Of a stretch of DNA of 64,000 nucleotides, positions 35,124 to 46,905 are shown piece by piece. The translations under genes and the position numbers were made by a program. The notes beneath the pieces were generated by a model, which worked only from the letters and a program-made list of their open reading frames with translations, did no database searches and was not told the origin of the DNA. The stretch lies in NCBI GenBank assembly GCA_040285825.1, contig JAUPSS010000010.1:62001-126000 (forward strand). Direction: 5' to 3'. This DNA comes from Eukaryota sp. TZLM1-RC (taxonomy: Eukaryota > Protista > Metamonada: BaSk clade). Every line of letters starts with the position of its first letter. The stretch's first letter is position 1.

Positions 35124-38100
35124 TTTTTTTTAAGCTAATTTTAATTTATTATTAAACTACAGTCTAAAAGTCAATATCTTCAAAACAAGCTTCCACACCA
35201 TCAAACCTCACAACAGCAATTTCTTCGTAATGTGCACTGACAGACATCAAAGCTTTCGAAATCATTTTAGGAATTGATTTGAAAATAGTAAAAACAATAC
35301 GATTTAGCCACAAGCGACGATCAAAACGCTTATTCATTCTTCTTTTCACAATATTTTCAAAATCATCAATAAAATTCATAGCAGTTTTTCCAAGACGACC
35401 ATACAACGATATAGCAAATGGGCAAATTTGGTAATCTACATGGCGAACATGTTTCAATTCTTTTAAAGGATTTGCATATTTTTTCCGTTTGTACAATTCG
35501 GAGTCATCAAGGGGGGATACTTCGGATTGAGCATTTTTCAAGGCATTTTTCTTGCAAACATCCACTGTTACGACATCAACAACATTCATGACATCATCAA
35601 ACGAGGGCACAACAACATCAGCACGTCGTTTTCCATATTCTGAATCTCTTACGCTTTCATTTATATCAAGAGACCTCAACAAAGGTTCTACAAAAGATTC
35701 AATATGATAGGAATTACACATTGCATGGATTTGATCTCTAACTGCATCATGCAACGTAGAACGATAGGAAATAAATCTATTGCAATTAAATAAATGTGAT
35801 AATGTCAAACTTTTTTTTTTACAAAATTTTAATTTTATTCTAAACCTATAAATCAACATCTAAAAAATCCATCTCTCCCAAAACAAAAACACTAGATGCA
35901 ACTCTCTCATAGTGAGATCCAAGAGAAAGCAAAGCATCAGAAACCATCTTCAACATCCCCTTAAAAATAGAAAACACAATTCTATTTTGCCAAAACAATC
36001 TGTTGAAATTTCTGCCAGTTCTTCTCTTTACAATCATTTCAAAATCATCAAAAAAACGTAAAGCAGTTGGTGCAAGTGAACCAAAAAGAAAAAATACAAA
36101 TGAATACAAAATGTATTTTGCATGCTGTAGACTGGCCAATTTGGACAAAGGTTCATTGTATTTTTTGAATTTAAAATTTTCAGCATTTGAAAGGGGATTA
36201 TGAATTTCAGAATTAACAAGCCTTTCATTTGAGGCATTACAAGGATCAACAGACATTACATCCAATAAAATGAAGCTTCCATCTAATCCAGGTAATATGA
36301 CATCACCTCTATTATTCTTATGAAAATCATTTTCAGCATCAAACAAATTTGACAACAGAGGTTCCAAGAAGGATTCAATTCTATGAGATTTACACATACA
36401 ATATAACTGGTCTCTTACAGCATCATGAACCTTGCTTCTAAAAGTAATAAAATGTTTACAATTTAACAAATGAGTAGTTGTAATTTCTCGAGAACATTTA
36501 CAAATTAAATTATGAGGTAAATTATCAGGCCAGATAAAGGAACGAAATCTCATATTCAGAGTCCAAGCAGAATCGGATAAGAGAGTACCATAAACTTGTG
36601 GAATTGTTGTTACTAAGGCAGAAGAAGTACTGTCACACATATCTTGTAAAAGATTTGCAAAAGCGGGATTCTTTTTCTTGGCCAAGCCAAGTCTAACATC
36701 AAAATCCAAGCTTTCAAAAATCTTTGACAATTTTTGTTGAAGCTTTTTACAGCAAAACTGTAAATTAAATAGAGATCGGTTTGGAATTTCTTGAATTGAT
36801 TGAGGAAAACATTTGGTCCAAATTTATTTTTTGATTGATTTGAAGGACAGTTCATCTGCAGTTTTGATAAATCAAATTCCCCAGATTTATGGTCTATTTT
36901 TGAATGACGACCAATGGACCACTGCTATGAGAATGCGTTGTTATTTATGGCCTTGTAATTTGCCCAATGATTTGTTTTGTAAATGTGGAGCTGGTTTGAC
37001 ATTATCACATTTATTTAATTGTAATAGATATATTTCCTATCGTTCAACGTTGCATGATGCAGTCAGAGATCAAATCCATGCAATGTGTAATTCCTATCAT
37101 ATTGAATCTTTTGTAGAACCTTTGTTAAGGTCTCTTGATATAAATGAAAGCGTAAGAGATTCAGAATATGGAAAACGACGTGCTGATGTTGTTGTGCCCT
37201 CGTTTGATGATGTCATGAATGTTGTTGATGTCGTAACAGTGGATGTTTGCAAGAAAAATGCCATGAAAAATGCTCAATCCGAAGTATCCCCCCTTGATGA
37301 CTCCGAATTGTACAAACGGAAAAAGTATGCAAATCCTTTAAAAGAATTGAAACATGTTCGCCATGTAGATTACCAAATTTGCCCATTTGCTATATCGTTG
37401 TATGGTCGTCTTGGAAAGACTGCTTTGAATTTTATTGATGATTTTGAAAATCTTGTGAAAAAAAGAATGAATAAGCGTTTTGATCGTCGCTTGTGGCTAA
37501 ATCGTATTGTTTTTACTATTTTCAAATCAATTCCTAAAATGATTTCGAAAGCTTTAATGTCTGTCAGTGCACATTATGAATACATTGCTGCTGTAAGGTT
37601 TGATGGTGTGGAGGCTTGTTTTGAAGATATTGACTTTTAGACTGTGGTTTTGAAAATAAATTAAAATTAAATTAAAAAAAAATTTGTGGCGGCAATTTTT
37701 CAAGTTCACAAGATAACTCATACAAATAAGGACTGCAATTGGCAACTAACAGATGAGAATCATCAGGAAATCTACGAGAAAATTCATAAATAAAATTTTT
37801 GCCACCACCCAAGAATGCTGATTGACACAAAATTGAAGATTTAGTAAATCCAATACCACCCAAATTTGCTGAAGAAAATAAATGGCTTTTCAACATTCCT
37901 GGTTCTACATCCAATAAATCAGCAAAAAATTCTGTTCTCAATGAATTAAAAGAACGACAAAAATCTAATGCTATGGAAGGAGCACAAGATCTCAAAATGT
38001 GGGTTATTCTCCCAGTGTAGCAAATTTTAAGCATGAAAAATTTAATATGTTTTTCTATATCTAATTTTTTTTTAGAACATTTAATTTTATTCAAAACCTA

Positions 38101-40460
38101 TAAATCAACATCTAAAAAATCCATCTCTCCCAAAACAAAAACACTAGATGCAACTCTCTCATAGTGAGAACCAAGAGACAGCAAAGCATCAGAAACCATC
38201 TTCAACATCCCCTTAAAAATAGAAAACACGATTCTATTTTGCCAAAACAATCTGTTGAAATTTCTGCCAGTTCTTCTCTTTACAATCATTTCAAAATCAT
38301 CCAAAAAACGTAAAGCAGTTGGTGCAAGTGAACCAAAAAGGGAAAATACAAATGGATACAAATTGTATTTTGCATGCTGTAGACTGGCCAATTTAGACAA
38401 AGGTTCATTGTATTTTTTGAATTTAAAATTTTCAGCATTTGAAAGGGGATCATGAATTTCAGAATTAACTAGCCTTTCATTTGAGGCATTACAAGGATCA
38501 ACAGACATTACATCCAATAAAATGAAGCTTCCATCTAATCCAGGTAATATGACATCACCTCTATTATTCTTATGAAAATCATCTTCAGAATCAAACAGAT
38601 TTGACAACAGAGGTTCCAAGAAGGATTCAATTCTATGAGATTTACACATACAATATAACTGGTCTCTTACAGCATCATGAACCTTGCTTCTAAAAGTAAT
38701 AAAATGTTTACAATTTAACAAATGAGTAGTTGTAATTTCTCGAGAACATTTACAAATTAAATTATGAGGTAAATTATCAGGCCAGATAAAGGAACGAAAT
38801 CTCATATTCAGAATCCAAGCAGAATCGGAAAAGAGAGTACCATAAACTTGTGGAATTGTTGTTACTAAGGCAGAAGAAGTACTGTCACACATATCTTGTA
38901 AAAGATTTGCAAAAGCGGGATTCTTTTTCTTGGCCAAGCCAAGTCTAATTCTATATCTAAAGAAGAAATTGAATCAAGTTCAATTTTCATTTTTTCCAAA
39001 ATAACTTGTAATTCATTCTGAATTTGAGGCACGTTTCCTAACCAACAACCAAGGAACTTAAAAGCATCACTACTATAATTAGTAAAAGGGACAATAGAAT
39101 CGTTTATCACGAGATCTTGAGCAGAAGATCCAATCAGAAGGCATTTGCTGGCATTAAGATGAAGCCCAATATTTTCATATGAATCGGCAATTTCTTGAGC
39201 AACCAATTCTAGTAAATCAAATGAACCAATCAAGGATATATCATCCATATAAGCAACTATTTTTATAGAAGGGTATTTTTGCTTAATGATATTTAAAGTT
39301 TTGTGAATAGCTAAACAAAACAATAACGGGCCTAAAGGATCACCTTGCTTCACACCAAAAGATGATTTAAGACCAAATGAATTAAAAATTAAATCCGATT
39401 CTTTCCCATAAAAATGGTAGAAAAAACTCGATAGCTCAGGAAAATCAGATTTAATAACTTCAAAAATTGCTTCTCGCTTTACAGAATTAAAAGCATTTTT
39501 AAAGTCGAGATTAAAAATAAAATTATTTTCCTCTGCATTAAAAAAGGTATCAGAGGCAATAGCAGCAACAGAAGCACCATCAATGGTTTTGATTCCAAAT
39601 TGATGAGGATTCAAAAATGTAGAAGCTTTGTCTTTGAGACGATCAAAGACAATTGATGCTAGCAAACGAGAAAGAGATTCACCAACAGCAATTGGGCGTA
39701 TTCCATCAGGTTTGATTCCGTTTCCAGGCTTTACTAAAGCAATCAGACGTGCAGCGAATAATTCAAATGGAGGATTAATTTTCAAAACAATTAATTGTTG
39801 AAAATAATGGGCTAGATCATCAGCAATTTCAGGAGCACTGGAACATGCTATTTTTAAGAGATCAAAAGAAATTCCAGATGGGCCTGCTGCTTTCCCCTTT
39901 GGTAATTTTTGAATAGCTTTAAGAACTTCAATTGCAGTAATAGGATTTTCAATCCAAAAAGGACACACATCAGGCTTGCTGCACTTGAAATTTTCTTGAG
40001 GATGCAACTTTTGAAGTTTTTCAAGGGTATCAGAGTTTGCATCAGCCAAAGAAGAGGAAAACAAAGACTGCTTTGCGGCACCATAACGACCACGTAAGCA
40101 CAATTTTCGGCAAATTTTTGATTTTACAATTCTTCTATTTCCAAATTTTTTCTTAAAACAATTTTTGTTTTTTCGAGCAAAATATTTCCAGAAGGATGAA
40201 ATATTCCACTTATTATTTTTCAATTCAGAAGTAAAATTTCTCATTTCCATTGAGAAGGGGATTGTGCTGGCTCAAACTAGCTCCACATTTGCAAAACAAA
40301 TCATTGGGCAAATTACAAGGCCATAAATAACAACGCATTCTCATAGCAGTGGTCCATTGGTCATCATTCAAAAGTAGGCCATAAATCTGGGGAATTTGAT
40401 TTATCAAAACTGCAGATGAACTGTCCTTCAAATCAAGCAAAAAATTTGAAAACGCAGGAT
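35124..40460 (-). mobile_element. Family A 3' part (35124-35810 and 40272-40460) split by family C
   Basis: ORF 35164.. ends ACFEDIDF*; resumes after a short duplicated tcaaac. Confidence 0.85.
35811..40271 (-). mobile_element. Family C long copy (RT to 3' end) containing A(+) 36827-37680 and C(-) 38065-38948
   Basis: ORFs 38865..40250, 37672..38094, 35846..36730 join colinearly; TSD ttctatatctaa at 38053-38064 and 38949-38960. Confidence 0.9.
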
Positions 40461-41302
40461 ACTTGATAGCCTTGAAAACTATTTAAATTCAATTAAAAAA
40501 GAGCTAGAAGTCATAAAGACCCTTGAATTGGAAAAACATCTTAAGTTTTTTCTTTTGAAAATTTGTTATGCTGGAAAAATTACTCATTTACTGAGATCAT
40601 TACCTCCATCCCTAACTTACAATTTTTGTAGACAATTTAACAAAATACGTACCCAATTTTTGGCTTATTTAATGTCTGTTGATCCATCAATTTTGAAAAA
40701 TCATATTTTTTCTGATGTTCAACTTGGCGGTGTTGGATTCAATTCATCAAAATATTTGACCAAAGCTGCATTTATTGGTGGTGGAAAAAATTTTGTATTT
40801 GAATTCTCTAGAAGATATCCTTTTGCCGAAAATCTTCTTGAAACTACAAATAGCTTATTCCTCGATAACTTTTTTTTATAAATTGAAATTTTTTTTCAAC
40901 GCTAACAAAACATTAAACAAAAAACTAGAACTCAATATCCTCAATACACGCATCAACATCATCAAATCTTTTCAGCGCGCGATTTTCATACTCTATTCCT
41001 TATTGTAACAGTGCTTTGGTCAACATTTCTGGAATTGCTTTAAGAATACTAAAAACAATTCTATTGTGCCAGAAATTGAAGTTCAATTCTTTTCCTGCTC
41101 TTTCTTTTATTAAACTTCTGAAATCTTCAAGAAATTTAATGCCAGATATTCCAATGTTACCAAAAAGAGAAACAGCAAATGGAACCAACTGATACTTGAC
41201 ATGCTCAACACGTCCTAGCTGAGATAAGGGTTCATTGTACTTTTTGATTTTGCTCTTTTCAGCAAAGCAAAGTGGAGTTTCATCTCTTTTAGCAAAATAT
41301 AT

Positions 41303-43813
41303 ATTTTTTTTAAATGTAATTTTATTCTAAACCTATAAATCAACATCTAAAAAATCCATCTCTCCCAAAACAAAAACACTAGATGCAACTCTCTCATAGT
41401 GAGATCCAAGAGAAAGCAAAGCATCAGAAACCATCTTCAACATCCCCTTAAAAATAGAAAACACAATTCTATTTTGCCAAAACAATCTGTTGAAATTTCT
41501 GCCAGTTCTTCTCTTTACAATCATTTCAAAATCATCCAAAAAACGTAAAGCAGTTGGTGCAAGTGAACCAAAAAGGGAAAATACAAATGGATACAAATTG
41601 TATTTTGCATGCTGTAGACTGGCCAATTTGGACAAAGGTTCATTGTATTTTTTGAATTTAAAATTTTCAGCATTTGAAAGGGGATTATGAATTTCAGAAT
41701 TAACAAGCCTTTCATTTGAGGCATTACAAGGATCAACAGACATTACATCCAATAAAATGAAGTTTCCATCTAATCCAGGTAATATAACATCACCTCTATT
41801 ATTCTTATGAAAATCATTTTCAGCATCAAACAGATTTGACAACAGAGGTTCCAAGAAGGATTCAATTCTATGAGATTTACACATACAATATAACTGGTCT
41901 CTTACAGCATCATGAATCTTGCTTCTAAAAGTAATAAAATGTTTACAATTTAACAAATGAGTAGTTGTAATTTCTCGAGAACATTTACAAATTAAATTAT
42001 GAGGTAAATTATCAGGCCAGATAAAGGAACGAAATCTCATATTCAGAGTCCAAGCAGAATCGGATAAGAGAGTACCATAAACTTGTGGAATTGTTGTTAC
42101 TAAGGCAGAAGAAGTACTGTAACACATATCTTGTAAAAAGATTTGCAAAAGCGGGATTCTTTTTCTTGGCCAAGCCAAGTCTAACATCAAAATCCAAGCT
42201 TTCAAAAATCTTTGACAATTTTTGTTGAAGCTTTTTACAGCAAAACTGTAAATTAAAAAGAGATCGGTTTGGAATTTCTTGAATTGATTGAGGAAAACAT
42301 TTGGTCCAAATTTGTGGCGGCAATTTTTCAAGTTCACAAGATAACTCACACAAATAAGGACTGCAATTGGGAACTAACAGATGAGAATCATCAGGAAATC
42401 TACGAGAAAATTCATAAATAAAATTTTTGCCACCACCCAAGAATGCTGATTGACACAAAATTGAAGATTTAGTAAATCCAATACCACCCAAATTTGCTGA
42501 AGAAAACAAATGGCTTTTCAACATTCCCGGTTCTACATCCAATAAATCAGCAAAAAATTCTGTTCTCAATGAATTAAAAGAACGACAAAAATCTAATGCT
42601 ATGGAAGGAGCACAAGATCTCAAAATGTGGGTTATTCTCCCAGTGTAGCAAATTTTAAACATGAAAAATTTAATATGTTTTTCTATATCTAAAGAAGAAA
42701 TTGAATCAAGTTCAATTTTCATTTTTTCCAAAATAACTTGTAATTCATTCTGAATTTGAGGCACATTTCCTAACCAACAACCAAGGAACTTAAAAGCATC
42801 ACTACTATAATTAGTAAAAGGGACAATAGAATCGTTTATCACGAGGTCTTGAGCAGAAGAGCCAATCAGAAGGCATTTGCTGGCATTAAGATGAAGCCCA
42901 ATATTTTCATATGAATCGGCAATTTCTTGAGCAACCAATTCTAGTAAATCAAATGAACCAATCAAGGATATATCATCCATATAAGCAACTATTTTTATAG
43001 AAGGGTATTTTTGCTTAATGATATTTAAAGTTTTGTGAATAGCTAAACAAAACAATAATGGGCCTAAAGGATCTCCCTGCTTCACTCCAGAAGATGATTT
43101 AAGTGCAAATGAATTAAAAATTAAATCTGATTCTTTACCATAAAAATGGTAGAAAAAACTCGATAGCTCAGGAAAATCAGATTTAATAACTTCAAAAATT
43201 GCTTCTCGCTTTACAGAATTAAAAGCATTTTTAAAGTCGAGATTAAAAATAAAATTATTTTCCTCTGCATTAAAAAAGGTATCAGAGGCAATAGCAGCAA
43301 CAGAAGCACCATCAATTGTTTTGATTCCAAATTGATGAGGATTCAAAAATGTAGAAGCTTTGTCTTTGACACGATCGAAGACAATTGATGCCAGCAAACG
43401 AGAAAGAGATTCACCAACAGCAATTGGGCGTATTCCATCAGGTTTGATTCCGTTTCCAGGCTTTACTAAAGCAATCAGACGTGCTGCGAGTAATTCAAAT
43501 GGAGGATTAATTTTCAAAACAATCAATTGTTGAAAATAGTGGGCTAGATCATCAGCAATTTCGGGAGCACTGGAACACGCTATTTTTAACAGATCAAAAG
43601 AAATTCCAGATGGGCCTGCTGCTTTCCCCTTTGGCAATTTTTGAATAGCTTTAAGAACCTCAATTGCAGTAATAGGATTTTCAATCCAAAAAGGACACAC
43701 TTCAGGCTTGCTGCACTTGAAATTTTCTTGAGGATGCAACTTTTGGAGTTTTTCAAGGGTATCAGAGTTTACATCAGCCAAAGAAGAGGAAAACAAAGAC
43801 TGCTTTGCGGCAC
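41303..43813 (-). mobile_element. Family C 2.5-kb 5'-truncated copy nested in B
   Basis: ORFs 42012..44000 and 41333..42349; TSD caaaatatat at 41293-41302 and 43814-43823. Confidence 0.92.
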
Positions 43814-44021
43814 CAAAATATATTGCTGAGTCTTTACAAACATCAACAGTAACAACATCAACAACTTTAATAACCCCATCAGACGCAGGGGTAATTAAAT
43901 CAGCACGGCGTTTCCCAAAAGTATTTTCATCTTCATTTTCAGATGACAACCTTCGCACAAGTGGTTCAACAAAAGCTTCAATGTGATGACTTTTGCACAT
44001 AGCGTATAGTTGGTCTCTAAC

Positions 44022-44119
44022 TTTTTGTTTTTTTTATCTTAATTTTAATTTATTATTAAACTACAGTCTTCAACAATAAAACATTCCGATTAAAAAACCA
44101 GAAAATTTCATAAATGAAT
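44022..44119 (-). mobile_element. 98-bp chimeric insert: ~50 nt unassigned sequence + family A 3' UTR/poly(A)
   Basis: TSD ttggtctctaac at 44010-44021 and 44120-44131. Confidence 0.8.
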
Positions 44120-45048
44120 TTGGTCTCTAACAGCATCGTGAACAACTGAGCGATATGTAATATTAAATTTGCAATTAAGTAAATGATTCAGATTAATGAG
44201 CTGACCACAACGACAAATCAAATCATTTGGCACACTACATGGCCACAGAAAACACCTCATCCTGAAGGCAGTTGTCCATTGATGATCATTTAATAATAGA
44301 CCATATACATTTGGAATCTGGGAAATAAGACAACTTGAGCTACTTTCCTTAAGGTCAATTAAAAAGTTTGCAAAAACGGGATTATTTTCTTTAGCCAAGC
44401 TAAGACGAACAGTGAAATCCAAGTTTTCAAAAACTTTTAATATCTTTTTCTGCAATTTAGCATATGCAAATTTCAAGGAAATCAAACTCCTGGGTGGAAT
44501 TTCTTGAATATCAGCAGGAAAGCATAACTTAAGAGAAGAAATATCCAGTTTATCTCCCGACTTATGGCAATCATGTTTCCCCATATACATTCAAGAAATT
44601 CCAGACAGAAGTTTGTATTCATTAAAATTTGCGTTGAAAAAGCTCCAACGACATCTTTTGAAAAAATTTGAAAGCAAGGATTTTATTGTTCGACTTAGCA
44701 CGGCTAAGAAAGAAAATCCTGCTTTTGCAAATTTTTTGATTGATTTGAAGGACAGTTCATCTGCAGTTTTGATAAATCAAATTCCCCAGATTTATGGCCT
44801 ATTTTTGAATGACGACCAATGGACCACTGCTATGAGAATGCGTTGTTATTTATGGCCTTGTAATTTGCCCAATGATTTGTTTTGCAAATGTGGAGCTGGT
44901 TTGACATTATCACATTTATTTAATTGTAATAGATTTATTTCCTATCGTTCTACGTTGCATGATGCAGTCAGAGATCAAATCCATGCAATGTGTAATTCCT
45001 ATCATATTGAATCTTTTGTAGAACCTTTGCTGAGGTCTTTTGCTGAGG

Positions 45049-46787
45049 TTTTTTTTTCTCCCTCCCTTAGTCAACCCTTTCATATTTCACTTTCTGTCAA
45101 GGCGTCAAAGTCGTACTGTTTCTCTGTCAAAACGATGCCATTGGCTGATAGTGACTCTGATACTGATTGGAACGCCCAAGCAAAGATTCTACCAGTCAGA
45201 TCAAGCTCATCCATTCCACTTCCCCACTCTCCCCACAATACAAGCTATGCTCGAAATTCATCTCAAAAAAATTTTCATTCAAAAACTGATCATTGTACCA
45301 GAAAAAACACAGAAAAAACACCATTACGTTCCTTGCGTTCTGTTGCGCGTTCTATTAACAACTCCGTTTCTCGAAATTTGTTTTCTCCAGCTGAAACTGC
45401 AAAAAGTCAAAAGTCTATTTCTACTTTTAACTCAAAAATTGACAAAATTGAAAAAACTGAAAAAATGAAACCACTGCCATTAAAAGGTTCTAAAAAATGT
45501 TCGATTTGTGGTATCAGTGGTCATAATTCGAGAACGTGCCCTGAGAAACAAAAAAGAGAATTTGAATTAAAATCTGCTCAACAAATTCTCAAATGTTCTG
45601 TTCCAGCTGTTGCCGTTGTGAAAGGTGCTGCAAATAATGTTTCTGACGATCAACAGTTAAATGCTTCTAGTGTTCCCTCTTCTTCCCCTTCTGAAAACAG
45701 TAATTTTTGTTGTCCATTTTGCAAAAAAGATGTTGCAGATTCACGAAATGGTCGAAAACTTCTGTTTTGTACGAATTGTAAAGCCGTTGATACCGTAAGA
45801 CCCCCGATCCGGATCCCAGTAGAAATAAGTCCCGCCAGCACAATCCCCTTCTCAATGGAAATGAGAAATTTTACTTCTGAATTGAAAAATAATAAGTGGA
45901 ATATTTCATCCTTCTGGAAATATTTTGCTAGAAAAAACAAAAATTGTTTTAAGAAAAAATTTGGAAATAGAAAAATTGTAAAATCAAAAATTTGCCGTAA
46001 ATTGTGCTTACGTGGTCGTTATGGTGCCGCAAAGCAGTCTTTGTTTTCCTCTTCTTTGGCTGATGCAAACTCTGATACCCTTGAAAAACTTCAAAAGTTG
46101 CATCCTCAAGAAAATTTCAAGTGCAGCAAGCCTGAAGTGTGTCCTTTTTGGATTGAAAATCCTATTACTGCAATTGAAGTTCTTAAAGCTATTCAAAAAT
46201 TGCCAAAGGGGAAAGCAGCAGGCCCATCTGGAATTTCTTTTGATCTGTTAAAAATAGCGTGTTCCAGTGCTCCCGAAATTGCTGATGATCTAGCCCACTA
46301 TTTTCAACAATTGATTATTTTGAAAATTAATCCTCCATTTGAATTACTCGCAGCACGACTGATTGCTTTAGTAAAGCCTGGAAACGGAATCAAACCTGAT
46401 GGAATACGCCCAATTGCTGTTGGTGAATCTCTTTCTCGTTTGCTAGCATCAATTGTCTTCGATCGTGTCAAAGACAAAGCTTCTACATTTTTGAATCCTC
46501 ATCAATTTGGAATCAAAACAATTGATGGTGCTTCTGTTGCTGCTATTGCCTCTGATACCTTTTTTAATGCAGAGGAAAATAATTTTATTTTTAATCTCGA
46601 CTTTAAAAATGCTTTTAATTCTGTAAAGCGAGAAGCAATTTTTGAAGTTATTAAATCTGATTTTCCTGAGCTATCGAGTTTTTTCTACCATTTTTATGGG
46701 AAAGAATCAGATTTAATTTTTAATTCATTTGGTCTTAAATCATCTTCTGGAGTGAAGCAAGGAGATCCTTTAGGCCCATTATTGTTT
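45049..46787 (+). mobile_element. Family C 5'-complete, 3'-truncated copy (ATG at 45135)
   Basis: T-run-CTCCCTCCC terminus; MPLADSDSD.., CSICGISGHNSRTC, RT up to GDPLGPLLF. Confidence 0.92.
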
Positions 46788-46905
46788 TCAAACGGAAAAA
46801 ATATGCAAATCCTTTAAAAGAATTGAAACATGTTCGCCATGTAGATTACCAAATTTGCCCATTTGCTATATCGTTGTATGGTCGTCTTGGAAAAACTGCT
46901 ATGAA

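Larger units (their letters stand above)
40461..45038 (+). mobile_element. Family A fragment (40461-40871 and 44525-45038) containing B(-) 40872-44524
   Basis: A resumes at duplicated ataactt; B pieces 41000..41188, 43816-44021 and 44120-44524 are colinear. Confidence 0.87.

Noticed and set aside
42012-46817. Long ORFs 42012..44000 and 44613..46817 as novel multidomain genes
   Set aside because: Chance read-through across insertion junctions (B into C, A into C) marked by TSDs or element termini.
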